The notes below the pieces were generated by a model, which was not told the origin of the DNA, made no database searches, and saw nothing but the letters and a program-made list of their open reading frames with translations. The position numbers were made by a program, and so were the translations under genes. DNA of 64,000 nt from Cyanophora paradoxa CCMP329. Its lineage: Eukaryota > Plantae > Glaucophyta. Below are positions 10,684-23,000 of this stretch, in pieces (position 1 is the first letter of the stretch; each line of letters starts with the position of its first letter). The stretch is from the NCBI GenBank assembly GCA_004431415.1, contig QPMI01000658.1, forward strand, positions 1 to 64,000, given 5' to 3'.

Positions 10684-11656
10684 GATGACTCAGTTAAGTC
10701 AAATGGCCCGCGCTGTGTTACGCCCGAGCTGTGCTATATACGCAGAGCAAACTGTGTATGTATAGCTGTGGTCAGAGTTTGTCAAGGTGTATACGTACAC
10801 CACTGAAAAAGCGCGCACACGTGCACGTCACGGCGTAGACGTCCGACTGGCACAAGGTCGTAGCTGGCTTTGCTAGATGCGCATGCAGCACTGCAGCTTG
10901 CTTAAGCTTCCAAGCCTGGCAAGCTTGCTTGGCAAGCGCCGCTAACGTTAGCTGTACTACTGCTGCTGTATACGTAGCCGACTACCGTACAGTACTAGCT
11001 GTAGTAGCTAACACGCCTGCGGAGAAGCCGGACGTGCTACGTTATACGTACGGGACGGTACGGCCTGAAATGGTTCGGCCACTGAGTCACGGTATACTAT
11101 GATAGAATAGGCCTAGGAGACCCGGGTCACCCGGCCCGAGTCAGTGTGACTCATCATGATCACTGAGTCAGTGACTCACACAGTGAGTGACCCGACTCGA
11201 GCTCGGCCCGGCGGCCGGCGCGGGCCGGGGAGTCCGAGTCTGTCCGACCGTCGGACGCCGGACCGAGGGTCCGACGACGAGTCGACGACTCGCGAGTCGC
11301 GACGGCCCGGTACCGCTGTTACCCAGTACTTGAATTATAAGTTTATAACTTAGTAACTCAATCTATCAGTACAGTATAATACAGTATATAAGCCAGGGCC
11401 GCGGGCTTCATGTTGGGCCCTAAGCTTGAGCGATCGTGCGAGATGAATTGAATGTCGCGATCGCGATCGCAAAACCGAATCGATATATAATCGAATATTC
11501 GTTGTGCATATAGAAATCCAAAAATGAATTAATGCATATTGGGGGTACAATAGATGGCCGGGCGGCTGCGGCGCAGAGAACAAATGTTCACAGTATTGGA
11601 GTAACATTCTGTTCTTTTTTAACGTTTTCACGTAAATAAAATATTCACAGTATTAG

Positions 11657-11912
11657 TGTCGCGTGCCGCGATTCCCTCGGATTAGGCTAGCCGGCAGTCT
11701 ATGCGTAGCCGCTAGCCCTAGTCTAGTGCTATCGAGCAGCTAGCTCTAGCACTCTCTGTATTCTGACTTAGCGCCGGGCGCGACTCCGTTTGGGGGTACG
11801 CGATCCCTGGACGGGTACACTTGTGAATAGACCACTTGTGCTCCCAGCTACAGCCCCAGCCCGTGCGTGACCGCACGGACGCTGCACCGGGTGGGAATCC
11901 TCTCATCCGACA
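11657..11912 (+). repeat. 5' LTR (256 bp)
   Basis: Exact direct repeat of 30087-30342; TG...CA ends with a 5-bp terminal inverted repeat. Confidence 0.97.
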
Positions 11913-12457
11913 GGCGCCATCTGCTCACGGAGCCAGAACCCCGATCATCAGCGACCCGTCATCAGCAACCGACCCAGCTCGGCGACCGCGGCTCAGCCGG
12001 CGCGCAGGTAGACCTCAGCAGAGGTCGTGGGTCGCTTCTCGCGCCCCGCCTGCGCCGCTCCGGGCTGATCCGCAGTTGGCGACCGAACATTCTGGAAAGA
12101 ACCAGAACTTAGTCCTGCGGATCCAGGAACGCGCGCGAATACCGAGGGATCCCCGTCCCGATCGGATCGTCGCCGTTTCCTGAGCGAGCTGCGTGCGAGC
12201 CCGTGGGATCATTCCTGATCGGTCGCTAGTCACTCGCCGCGACGCCAGCCTTCTCCGGCTGTTGCGATCGTGCTGGACAAGACGAAGAGCGATCGGATCG
12301 ACGGCTGAGGCGTGCGCGCCCGAGCTGTCTCCGGAATCGCCGCAGCCGAGCTAGTGAGCTTGCTCGCCGCTGCTGTGGACCACGACGGCCTCGGATCTCG
12401 AGCGAGGCACATTCTCTCACGGAAAAGCGTGGCATTACGTCGCCGCTTGACCTGAGA

Positions 12458-14034
12458 ATGTCCTCGGGGACCGGAGCCTCCGCGGAGTTCGTCGTCCGGG
12501 CCGCGCACGCGCGTGGCGCCGCCGACATGGACTCTATGAGCGGATCAAATGTTTTGCAATGGATCCAGAGCCTGCCGAAGCTGCCGCCGGGCAGCGATCA
12601 GCGCACGGTTCAGGACCACCTCCGCCAGTTCGAGAGCTGCGCGAGCATGAGCAAGGACTTGCTCAGTGTCTCGCCGACTGCACACATTGAAGTGCAGAAG
12701 CGAACTGGGTGGGCTCTTCTCGGCACGCTAGATCACGGGCACCCCGTGCGCCAGAACATCTCGCTGTTCCAGAGCGCCGAGCAGATCGACACTCGCGAGC
12801 TCGAGAAGCTGAAGGCGTACCGGGCCGAGCGTGCGCGCACGAGCACGGCGGACCCGCGAGACGTCGCGATCCTCGAGACGCTCGACGAGAAGATCGCGCA
12901 AGCCGAGGAGGGCTTGCAGCGGACCGCCCTCACGGTCACGTACACCGCGATCAGGCGCCGTCTCGAAGATGACGCCGAGATGCGGAACCCTGACCGGTAC
13001 AAGGCGCTCCTCGACCTGCCGCACGTGGGCGAGGCGCCGGAGGCGTTCTATCGCCGCGTCCTCGACTTGAGCATCATCCCGGAGTGCCGCGAGGCGCACG
13101 AGACACCGCTTATGGCACTCATGCGCCACGCGGGCCAGATGCTCAAGCGCCGCACTCGCAATCAGTGCCGCGACTTCGAAGACTCCGAGATTTCGGACAC
13201 CGATCGCCGGCACATGATGACGAACTTCTCCACGGCTCGGAAGATCTATGACGAGCTGTCGCAGAAGATCGCGGACCGCGAGATCACGGGACCCTCTGCG
13301 GTCATCGACCTGGTAACCAAGCGCACCAATGAACTGGGCGCCTGGGACGTCGATATCTCCAAAGTCCCCGGCTCGGCCCTAGTGCTGGGCTCGCGCGGGA
13401 CGCCGCTGCAGGCGCCCACGGCTGCCTCGCGCACGCCGCAGAGCGCGCCGCCGATCACGCACACGCCAGCTGTCCCCGTCGTCCCCTCGCGCTCGAACGC
13501 GGGCGCCGGCGCGGGCACGCGCATCATGCTCGCGACGACGGTGTCGGAAGCCGAGATCGCAGAGCTTGAGGCAAACGCGTACGGGTGGGACGCGGACGAC
13601 GCCGAGGATCAGAACGCCGAGGTCATCTCGTTCCTGCAGCTCATTGCTCGGGACGAGCCCCTCGTCGTAGTCCGCGCGCTCTACCCGTCGGCGTCCGCAC
13701 CGCCGCCCCGCCTTGACGACCCGGTCTATCAGCAGAAGATCAAAGACTTCCTGAAGGCCCGGGGTCTCCCCGAGAAGCCCCGGCGGCCGTGCCACTGCGG
13801 CGAGTCGCACTACTCGTTTGAGTGCCGGACCAACCCGCGGCCTCTGCCCGAGTGGTCGGCAATCAACCCGGCCAAGCGCCGCGGGCCAACGGGCGCAGGC
13901 ACCGGTGACCCGAAGCGCCGGTTCTACCCGCGCCGCAGGGTGGGAACGGCCGCTCGAGCCCCCCGCCCCAGCAAGCTGCAGGGCCCCGGGCGTGCTACAA
14001 CTGCGGCAAAACCGGCCACCTGGCCGCGTCCTGC
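12458..14034 (+). CDS. gag: Gag region: putative capsid plus two Zn knuckles
   Basis: First ATG ORF after the 5' UTR; atypical knuckle CHCGESHYSFEC at 13790-13825 and canonical CX2CX4HX4C CYNCGKTGHLAASC at 13993-14034 (in the -1 frame). The capsid assignment is positional inference. Confidence 0.75.
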
Positions 14035-17000
14035 CCGGCCCAGGCGCAGACGCTCGAGGCCGCGGTCCGCCGCGCGCTTGCAGAACACGCCGCCGCCGCT
14101 GCAGCCCCGCCCGTGCCGCCCGCGACGCCGGCGCCCTGGGCTGACCCCAACGCCTTCACGATCGCGCGCGCCATGCTCGAGCAGGCTGCCCGAAGCGGCG
14201 CCGCCGGCCCGTCCGCGACTGCACTGCTTCCCGCGCCGACCGGCGGCCACGGGTCGGGGCCCACGGCGGCCCCGGCGCCCGCCGAGCTTGGCAAGGAAAA
14301 GCACGTGTACCGTGTGCGCATCGTGCGCAGCGACGAGGCGTTGGTCGACGATACCTTCCGAGCCTTCACCGCAGCGGCCGCGGCGCACGCCGCCGCGCTG
14401 CAGGACCCCCGGACGGCCCCGCTCTCAACGCGGTCGCCGCAGCCGCCACCGCTTTCGCGATCGCAGTAGTGCAGCTGTCCGGGGAAAGCCGCCCAGACCT
14501 GTGCCCCACGGGAGCCGAGAGGCCGGCCCCCTGCGAGGCGCAGGACCTGTTGCCGACCCGCCCGGAGTCGGGCCTGGACGAGGGGGAGAAGAAGGTCGCG
14601 TTCGACGCAGTGGACGCCGCCCTCGAGGAAATCGCACTCCTCTTGGCGGCCGCCCCGGACCCAACGGAGGTCGAGGGCGCTGACGCAGCAGCGAAGGGTC
14701 CCGCGCCGACGCCCGTGCCGACTTCTTTCCCCGCCGAGCTCGCCGCCGGCATCGTGGACGCCGCCCTTGAGGAGGTCGCACTCCTCTTGGCGGCCGCCCC
14801 GGACCCAACGGAGGTCGAGGGCGCTGACGCAGAAGCGAAGGGTCCCGAGCCCGCGACGGAGCTCGCTCCCACCAAGTCGGTCCCGAGACCGCCGCCGCCG
14901 AGGCTCCGGCGGACCCCGCCGCCGGCGTGGGCTGCTGCCTGGGGTACTCCTCGGGGCCGAGACGGTAGCGAGCCTCGAGGTGACCGACGACGGCGCCTCC
15001 CTCGCCGACGAGGACGCGACCGTAGCGTCTAAGGAGACCCTGCGCCTCAACCGCGCTCGCCTCCTCAGCGCTAGCCCCGGCCTAGACCTCACTCACTTCG
15101 GAGCCGTTGAGTTAGAGCCGGTGAAGGGCCGCGAGCACGAGCTGGGGCCCGTTCCTCTCTGGAACGTGGACGCGCACAAGCTGAAGGGCGCCGCGTCGGT
15201 CCCGCTCGACCGCGCGGCGTTCCTGTACCCAGCGCCGTGCGAGACTCACTGCGGCTGCACTGTGAGCGAGGGGCTGATCGAGGTCCGGGACGAGCAGTGG
15301 TATGCCACTGCGTTCCGCTGCCCGGCCCGCACCCGCCAGACGCTCTCCTTCTTGCTTGCGGCGTTCTCTCAGCCGCTCGCCACCGAGAGCACGTACCTCG
15401 GCTCGCGGACCCTCCCCACTGCGTTCCTGCAGATGCTGGGGCATGACCCGCTGTCCCAGGACACGCTGGCTCACGCCTGGCCGACGCACTATTATGAAAT
15501 CATGAGCCTCACGCACCAGGCCTCTCGCGTCGCCGCGAAGTGGGCCGGGGCCACGCGTGGCCGCACGCCGAGGGCCTCACGCCCGAGGGTCGCCCCGCAG
15601 TCGAGCCCGACGCCCACAAGCTTACGAAGCTTGGGGACGAGTGCGTCGCTACCGCCGGCTGGCTGGAGCCATACCGCCGCCACTGGAGCATTGGCCAGCA
15701 CTCGCCCGTGGCGGCCTCTCTCGAGCCGCACGAGATGACAGTGTCGGGCCGCCGCCAGCTAATCGAGCTGAGCGAGCTGTTGCCGGCACAGGACCGCCTC
15801 CGCCTTGCGTGCGCCTCGACTGTTGCGGGCTATTTCCTGCACCGCGTCGACTACGGTGCCCCGGGCACCGCCGGCGCCGTCGAGAAGATCCTCGGCCGCT
15901 TCTTTAAGTTCGCCGAGCCGCTCATGGTGGACGCGCGGGTCGACGCCTATGGCTTCGCCCTGCTGGCCCTCGAGCACGCGATCCAGTGGAAGACCGTGGC
16001 TTGCATCGGCGGCCGCGCCGGTCCCCACGACGCCCACAAGAGCGCCGTTGCCCTGGCCGACGGGAACCCTCTTGTCCCCTCGGACTCGGAGTTCACGGAA
16101 GCCGTTCACTCGCTTGCCGTCCTGGCTGCCTCCGTTGAGGTTCCGATCCCGGGGCGGGCACGTCTCCGCTCGGATCGGGACGCCGAGGGATGGCTGCGGG
16201 CAGCGCTCGCGGAGCGTCTGACTGCGTACCGCGACGGCCGTGCCCCCGCCTTCCCGGTCGTGAGCGAGGGCGAGTCCCGCACGGTTGAACGCGTTCCGGT
16301 GGAGCCCCGCGTCGCCGCCGCCCGCGTTCTGCACCTCCGGGACCTGCACTTGTGCGACACCTGGCTGCACTGGCCGCGCCTGCACGGGGCAGAGCCTGGC
16401 ACGTGGAGGGTCGGCCGCGTGCGCCCGATCACGCGCACCACGCAGTTGCCCCTGCACGGCACGACGCGAGGCGGGCAGCTGCCCACGATCGTGCCTGAGG
16501 AGCTCTACGTGCTGAGCCAGCTCGGCCCGCGCCCGCCGCTCACCGCCCTGTGCGATGCAGCCTGGGCCCGCACGGTTCCCGGATCCGCCGGGGCCGCGGA
16601 GCTGCTCCGGTACATCGAGGGGGCCAAGGCGGGCGACCGGGCCCACCTCGTCATTCTATTCCGTAGGCTGCTGAAGAAGCGGGCCGGTTTCAATGACGAG
16701 GCTGTCAAGGACATGATCGCGCTCGTGGAGAAGTGGCGCACGGATGCAGGCAGCCGCACCCCCACTCCTCTCCACGACCTGCCCACCACGCCGAAGCCGG
16801 CGTCGGACACGACGGGCGCCTACACGGCGAAGGCCGTCAGCGCGACGATCAAGGAGGCTAAGGCCTGCCTGCCGCCGCGCCCGCCTGTGAAGGCGCTCTC
16901 GCCGAGGGACCCGCCAGCGCCGGCGCGGCCGGCGCCCGTTCCTGTCCCGCCGCCTGCACCGACGGCGAAGCTCGTGACCTTGCACGCCGCGGCAACATGG

Positions 17001-20000
17001 CCGCCGCTTGCGAGCCCGATGGCGCCGCGGCCCACCGCCGCTCCGACGCCGCCCGCCACTGAGCCCGCGCCTGTCGAGCCTCGCCTGAGCGAGCCGCTAC
17101 TCGACGTCGCGCGCGCGACCGCGCCGGCTCCCGGCAGGCCGCCCGTCGCGGCGAGCGTGGCCGCGGGGACGGGGTCGTGCGCGTCAGCACCCGTGGGCGC
17201 GGCTCGCAGGGGCCACGAACCCGCAGCGCCCGCCGTGGGCAGGCTGAGGGGGAAGACGCCGAGATGGGCGAGCGGGGCGACGGCGATGAGGCGCCCGAGG
17301 AAGCGCCGCCGCCGCCGCCGCCGTCGGCTATCGATGAGAACCTGAGCCAGCGGGCCCTGTACGAGGCTATGGGCGTGATGAGCGGCGTCCTCGCAGTGCC
17401 GGGGTGCCCGCCTCGGCTCTGTGAGGGAAACAGATCACCGAGTGGCCCATGACGGCCCGGTCTGATCTCGCCCACCGCTGGAGCATCCCCTTCGACGCAC
17501 TGAAGGGCACGTTCGAGGACCTGCGGGTCCCGCACCTCAAGGCGTTTCTCGCCAGCGAGAGGAGCACGCCAATCCAGAACCGCCTGGATGGGCCGCCCGT
17601 GCCGCACGAGGAGCCGCCGGAGGGCCGCGTCGCGCTCAGAGCCGATCGCACCGTTCGCCTCGCGCGGCTCAACGCGGCCGCGTTCGAGCTCTTCATGATC
17701 GCGCTGGGGCTCCGTGGCCCCGTCACGCCCCACTCCCACGATCTCCCGTTCCACCTGCATGAGTGGACGGAGCAGCAGTTGGAGCACTTCCTGACTCTGC
17801 GTTGGACGATCCCTGCCACGCGCCTGCCGCGGTGGACGCACGGGGGCCGCTTCAACCCGAGCGCGGCCGTCATCCCGCCGCAGTGGGCCCAGTACCTCTT
17901 GCGTGCTCACACCATGTTCCGCGCCGAGGCGGTTGGGACCACCGTTCCCTCCGCGGAACGCGCCGGCCTGGAGTTCCCGTACGGGGTTCGCTGGCTGCGC
18001 CGCCACCTGCAGCTAGGGACGCGCGCGCAGGAGGAAGCCGCCGAGAGCGACCCGCACAGGGGCTTGGCCCTGACCGCCCAGCGCGCGGCCTTCCAGGAGA
18101 AGGTCTTGCATGCCCTCGAGCGTCACGCTGCACGGCAGTCGTTCACGTTCGACGATGCGCTTGTGGGCACCTACATCGCCGATGAGCCTGAGCCCCGCCT
18201 CGAGCCGCTCGACATTGACCATGTCGAGAGCGAAGAGGAAGAGGGCGAGAAGGAAGAGGCGCCGGCTGCCATCCCTGCGGCGGCGCACAGGCCGTTCGAG
18301 CCGCACAAGGACTGGCAGCCGCGGCCGCTGTTCTCGTTGGCGGACCCGACGTACGCCAACGATCACAAGCTCTTGCGCGAGTACATGGACCGGAAACACG
18401 CGTTTTTCCGGCCCCTGGAATGCTATGAGCCAGGGTTCACTGAATGGGCAACGCTGCCCGCGATCAGCTACCCCTTGCGCTGGCAGCACGCCGGCGACGT
18501 TGACGAGTACAACGTCGACGTGCTCACGCTGCAGGACCAGCACATGGGCGAGCTGTGCTCAACTATGCTCAAGCGCGTCGGCCCCGCCGCGCGCGGCATA
18601 GTGAACTGGTTCTCGCTCGTAGGCCCGCCTCAGCGGCCGTTCGACGAGGATCCGGAGCTCTTCGACCTGCAGGGGCTTGCATTCCCGCACGCCGCCTGCG
18701 GCGTCAGCTTGGATATCGTGCAGTACCTCGCGGTCGGGACCCGTACCGCACAGTCTGCCGTCCCGACGTACACGGGCGCCTGGGATCTCACGCACGAGGG
18801 CACAGCCCACGCACCCGTGTGTTCGACCCTGGGCCAGGTCTCGCGGGTGCTGTATACCGCCTTCTTCCACGAAGGCGGCGGCGCGCGGAACGCCCGCCGC
18901 CGTACATGCCGCACCCCGAGCGCCCCACCCTGCACACCTCAGTCTTGGGCGGTAACATCGCCGACCCGAACGAGGAGGACGCCAGGACGCCGTTCGCGAC
19001 CCGCTTCGCGCGCGACGTCGCCGTGCTGGCCCTGCTGCGCCCGCTCGCCGACAAGCGCGTCGAGAACGTTGAGGGTCGCCTGCAGACGCGGCGCATCTAC
19101 GCGCCCCGCCTCGTGGCAGGCACGGCCACGCCCGCGCCGAACGCTGCCTGCGACAAGGACGTCGCAGGGGGCGCGCCGCACCAGCGCGAGAACAAGAAGC
19201 TGTGGCTCGCAGTGACGGTCGCCCAGCTTGCGAGCCAGCCCAAGAAGAGCCACGCGAACCCGCGGCTCGTCACCGCGTTCGGTTACGAGCTGCCGCCTTT
19301 CCCGAACTCACCTCCGGGGACGTGCCCTTGGGCGCCGATCCCGGCGGAAGAGGAAATCCTCGCGACGGCCATCGGTTTTACGCTGGCCTGGCACGCGCGC
19401 TTCTTCCAGCGTCACGCGCCGGGCAAGCACCTCCGCAGCCAGCACTGGGCTGATGACTTTCTGTCGGCTGCGGCCATGGACGTCGAGTCGGAACGCCCGG
19501 CTGACTACGTCCCCGAGATCGCTCGGGCGGTCGCCGATCACATGGATGACTTCAACAAGGTGTTGAACTCGTTCCGCTGCGTGGTGCCGGACGGTCTGAT
19601 GGTGTTCATTCACGAGGCCTTCCTGACTAAGCCGACGGCCAAGCCGGACCGCGGGTCCGACGTCTTGCCTCAGGGCAAGAAGGTCTTCGACGCGGACGCG
19701 AGGCCGACGTACCCGGACGGTCATCCCACGCTTGCGTGGAAGTTTGGCCCGAACAATGCGGTCGTGCCGGACCACGAGGGTCGTGCGGCGATCTGTGGGC
19801 GGATCCTGCTCGCGATGCTGCAGGGCTTCCAGTATCCCCGCATCCCGCTGCTCGCGCAGCGGGTGGACAACTGTGCGCCCCTGAACGCCGCCATGCCCCA
19901 GAACGTGGCCGAGGTCTTCAGGGCCCTCTTGCGCACTATGACGAGGGATGAGTGCGCCGACTCGGATGCCCGCGCGCTGGCGGACGGCATCCGCGCGTAC

Positions 20001-23000
20001 CTCACAAACATGCCGCACGGTCTCGGGTACCAGCGTCTTGAGCTCGGCTCGCCCCCGATGGCCGGCGCCGAGGACGCGTGGCCCGCCGGCGATGACCTTG
20101 GCGCCGGGGGCAAGAGTGGGATACAGCGCCACCTTGAGGCCGCCCGCGCCGCCGAGGAGCTGGAGAACTGTCCCGGGAACTTCCCGCTGGGGCTCATCTT
20201 TACCGATGAGGCTATACCCCTGCGGCCTCAGTTCGAGACGATGCTCCGTTCGCTCTACGCCGATCTGAATGTCGCGATCCGCCTCGCGCGCCCGATCGAC
20301 TGGGAGACGGACGACCCCGTGCTCCCCGACTGGGACGTTGAGGCTCTGCGCCCGGCGCTGATGTGGGACGCGGTCCAGAACAAGGGCGCCGCGCCCTCGG
20401 CCCGGCGCAGCCTGACTGCGACGGCGGCTGTCGATAAGGAGGCCGAAAGCCTTCTGGTTCGCACGCCGTACCAGCCGATCTACGAAGGAGCGGTCCGCGC
20501 GACGTGGGCGGGCGTGCGGTTCCAGCCGCCCTCAACCATCGTCGGCGGGCTCGCGGACGACCCCGCCGAGGCGGCGCCATCCGCCACCCCGTCGGCGCCC
20601 GCGCCGGCGCAGGCCGCTGCGCAGACCGCCGCGCCGCCGACGGCGCCGCAGCAGGCGCGGCCCCGGCGCAACGCGGGCCAGGCCGTTGGCCGAGGCGGCC
20701 GCGGGCAGGGTCACCAGCGGGGCGGCCGGCACCGCGGTCGCGACGGCCGAGGCCACCGTGACCGTGGCGGCGACCGCGGCGGTGGCCAGGCGCAACCCGC
20801 ACAACCCGCTGTCGACCCGAACGACCCGTTCGGGCTGGATGCGTTCCTCGCGCGGCAGCAGGGGTATGACCCCAAGACCATGCGCGTAACCGTCTCGGAC
20901 GGGAAGGTGAAGGTCGAGCGGATCGCCGAGAGCGCTCCGCCAGACCAAGCCCCGCCGGCTGAGACTCCCTCCCGGACCTTGATGCCGCCGCCCAGCTCGA
21001 GCCGCCAGGCCGAGGCAAGCTCGAGCCGCAGGACGACACGGCCAGTCGCGCGTCGCAGGCCCGCCGGACCCCTGAGCGGGCCTCGTCTCAGCGCCGCTCG
21101 CGCACACCCGAGCCGCGCCGAGCCCCGTCCAGTCGCCGCTCTCGCACCCAGACAGGCGCGAGACGCGGGGCCCCTCCACGCGCCGCGAGCGCTCCCCGGA
21201 GCCCCACCGGCAATCCCGGGCGCCGCCGCCGTCCCGCCGTTCGTTGGAACGCCGCGATCGCGAGGGCTCCCGACGCCCTTCGCCGGACCGCCGGGACCGC
21301 GAGGCCTCCCGCCGCCGCTCCCCGGACCGCCGTGATCGCTCGCCGCCGCGCCGCGACCGCAGCCCGCCGAGCCGACGGTCCACGGCTCGCGACACTCGCG
21401 GCAGGCGGAGCCCTCGCCGAGGCTCGCGGGAACGCCGCCGGAGCCGAACACCGTCCCGCTCTAGCTCCCGCTCGCGCTCGCGCGATCGGAGCCCGAGCCG
21501 GAGCCCCCGCCATGACGATAAGCGGCGCAAAAGCTCGAAGAAGGGCTCGCGCGACCGCGCCTCGCCGCGAGACCGCCGCAGCCCTCGCAGCAGCCAGTCC
21601 TCTCGCCGCCCGCCGGACCCGCCGCGCGGCGCCGTAGACGCTGCGTACAAGCGGCACGAGAACGACGCCCGCCTGCGAGGCTGCCCGCCCACATTGCGCG
21701 AGCTCTTCGACATGGTCTGGAAGGCGCAGTACGCTGAGATGCCAGACTCGCTCTCGGCGTCCGCGCGAGCTGAGCAGGCCACCGCGCTGGTCCTGATCAA
21801 GCTCCAGAACCAGATGGACGCTCAGTCCGCGTCGTCCTCGGCCCGCGCCGCCGCGCCACCATCGGGTGGGCAGCCGCCGACGGGCGGACGCAACGAGCGC
21901 CAGCAGCCCTTTCTAGAGGGGCCTGAGGGGCAGAGCGAGGCCGGTCCGCAGTCGGCGGCGCCGTCCAAGCCTGCGGAGGGTCGCGCCTCCATCTCTCAGG
22001 CCCAGGAGCGGTCATCGCGTGCGAGCCAGGCCGAGCCGCCGCGCGCAGACCAGTCGACGCCGGAGCAGCCGCGCGCCTCAGTGGCCGCGCCGCGCGCCTC
22101 CGCCGCCACGACTTTCAACCCCAGGCTGACGTCCCAGCAGGGGCCTCCTGCAGTTTGTGCGCGAGTGCTCGAGCTGCCGCGACGTGAAGATCCGGGGCCA
22201 AGGGGTCACGGAATTGGGGCTTTGGCTTCAAACAGTCGAGCGCCAGATCCGCACCGCCGCTAGCCACGCCGAGACGCGCGCCAAGCCCGGCGGCGCTCAG
22301 AAGGTCTCAGACGAAGCCTTCGCCCAGGCAAAGCAGGCCGCTCGGCGGGCCCTGGAAGACGTCTGCCGCGCCCTCCGGGCCGGCATCGATATGCAGATCA
22401 GCCTCTCCGCTGGGAGACGGGCATGATGATCTCGCTCCTCCCAGACGGGCCCCGTGCCGATCTCGAGGCTCTGCGGGCCACGCTCGATCGCACCAAAGAC
22501 TGGCGAGCCTTGCTTGAGCGCGAGCGCCAGCACGAGGCTCGCGTGGCAATGCAGGCCGCGGCAAAAGCCAACCCAAAGCCCTTCTTCGCGGTATACACCG
22601 TCGCAGAAGCGTCGTCACCCCGCGGGCACGAGGCCCGCGCGCCCTGTGACCTTCCCGCCCACTTGCATACGCCGGCGTCGGTCCGGGCCGCTGTGCCGGT
22701 GCCGGCGGACGAGAAGTACATCTCGATCCGCCGCGTCCAGACGGTCGTCCACGAGCCGCCCGCTCAAACAGTCGCGCCGCCGGCGCCAGCCGCGCCGCCC
22801 GCCCGGCCCCACCAAAGAGCCGCGAGCCTGCGCCGGCCTGGGCCCGCCGCCTGCTGCACAAGCTCGGGCCGCGCTCGACCGTGCTGGTCTTCAACTGGCT
22901 GTCGAACCCCGCGCAAATGCTGCAGGTCGATCCAAAGACCCTGGAGCCCGCCTTACGCGCGGTGCATCAGGCGATCATGGACCGCTACGGCATCTCGATG

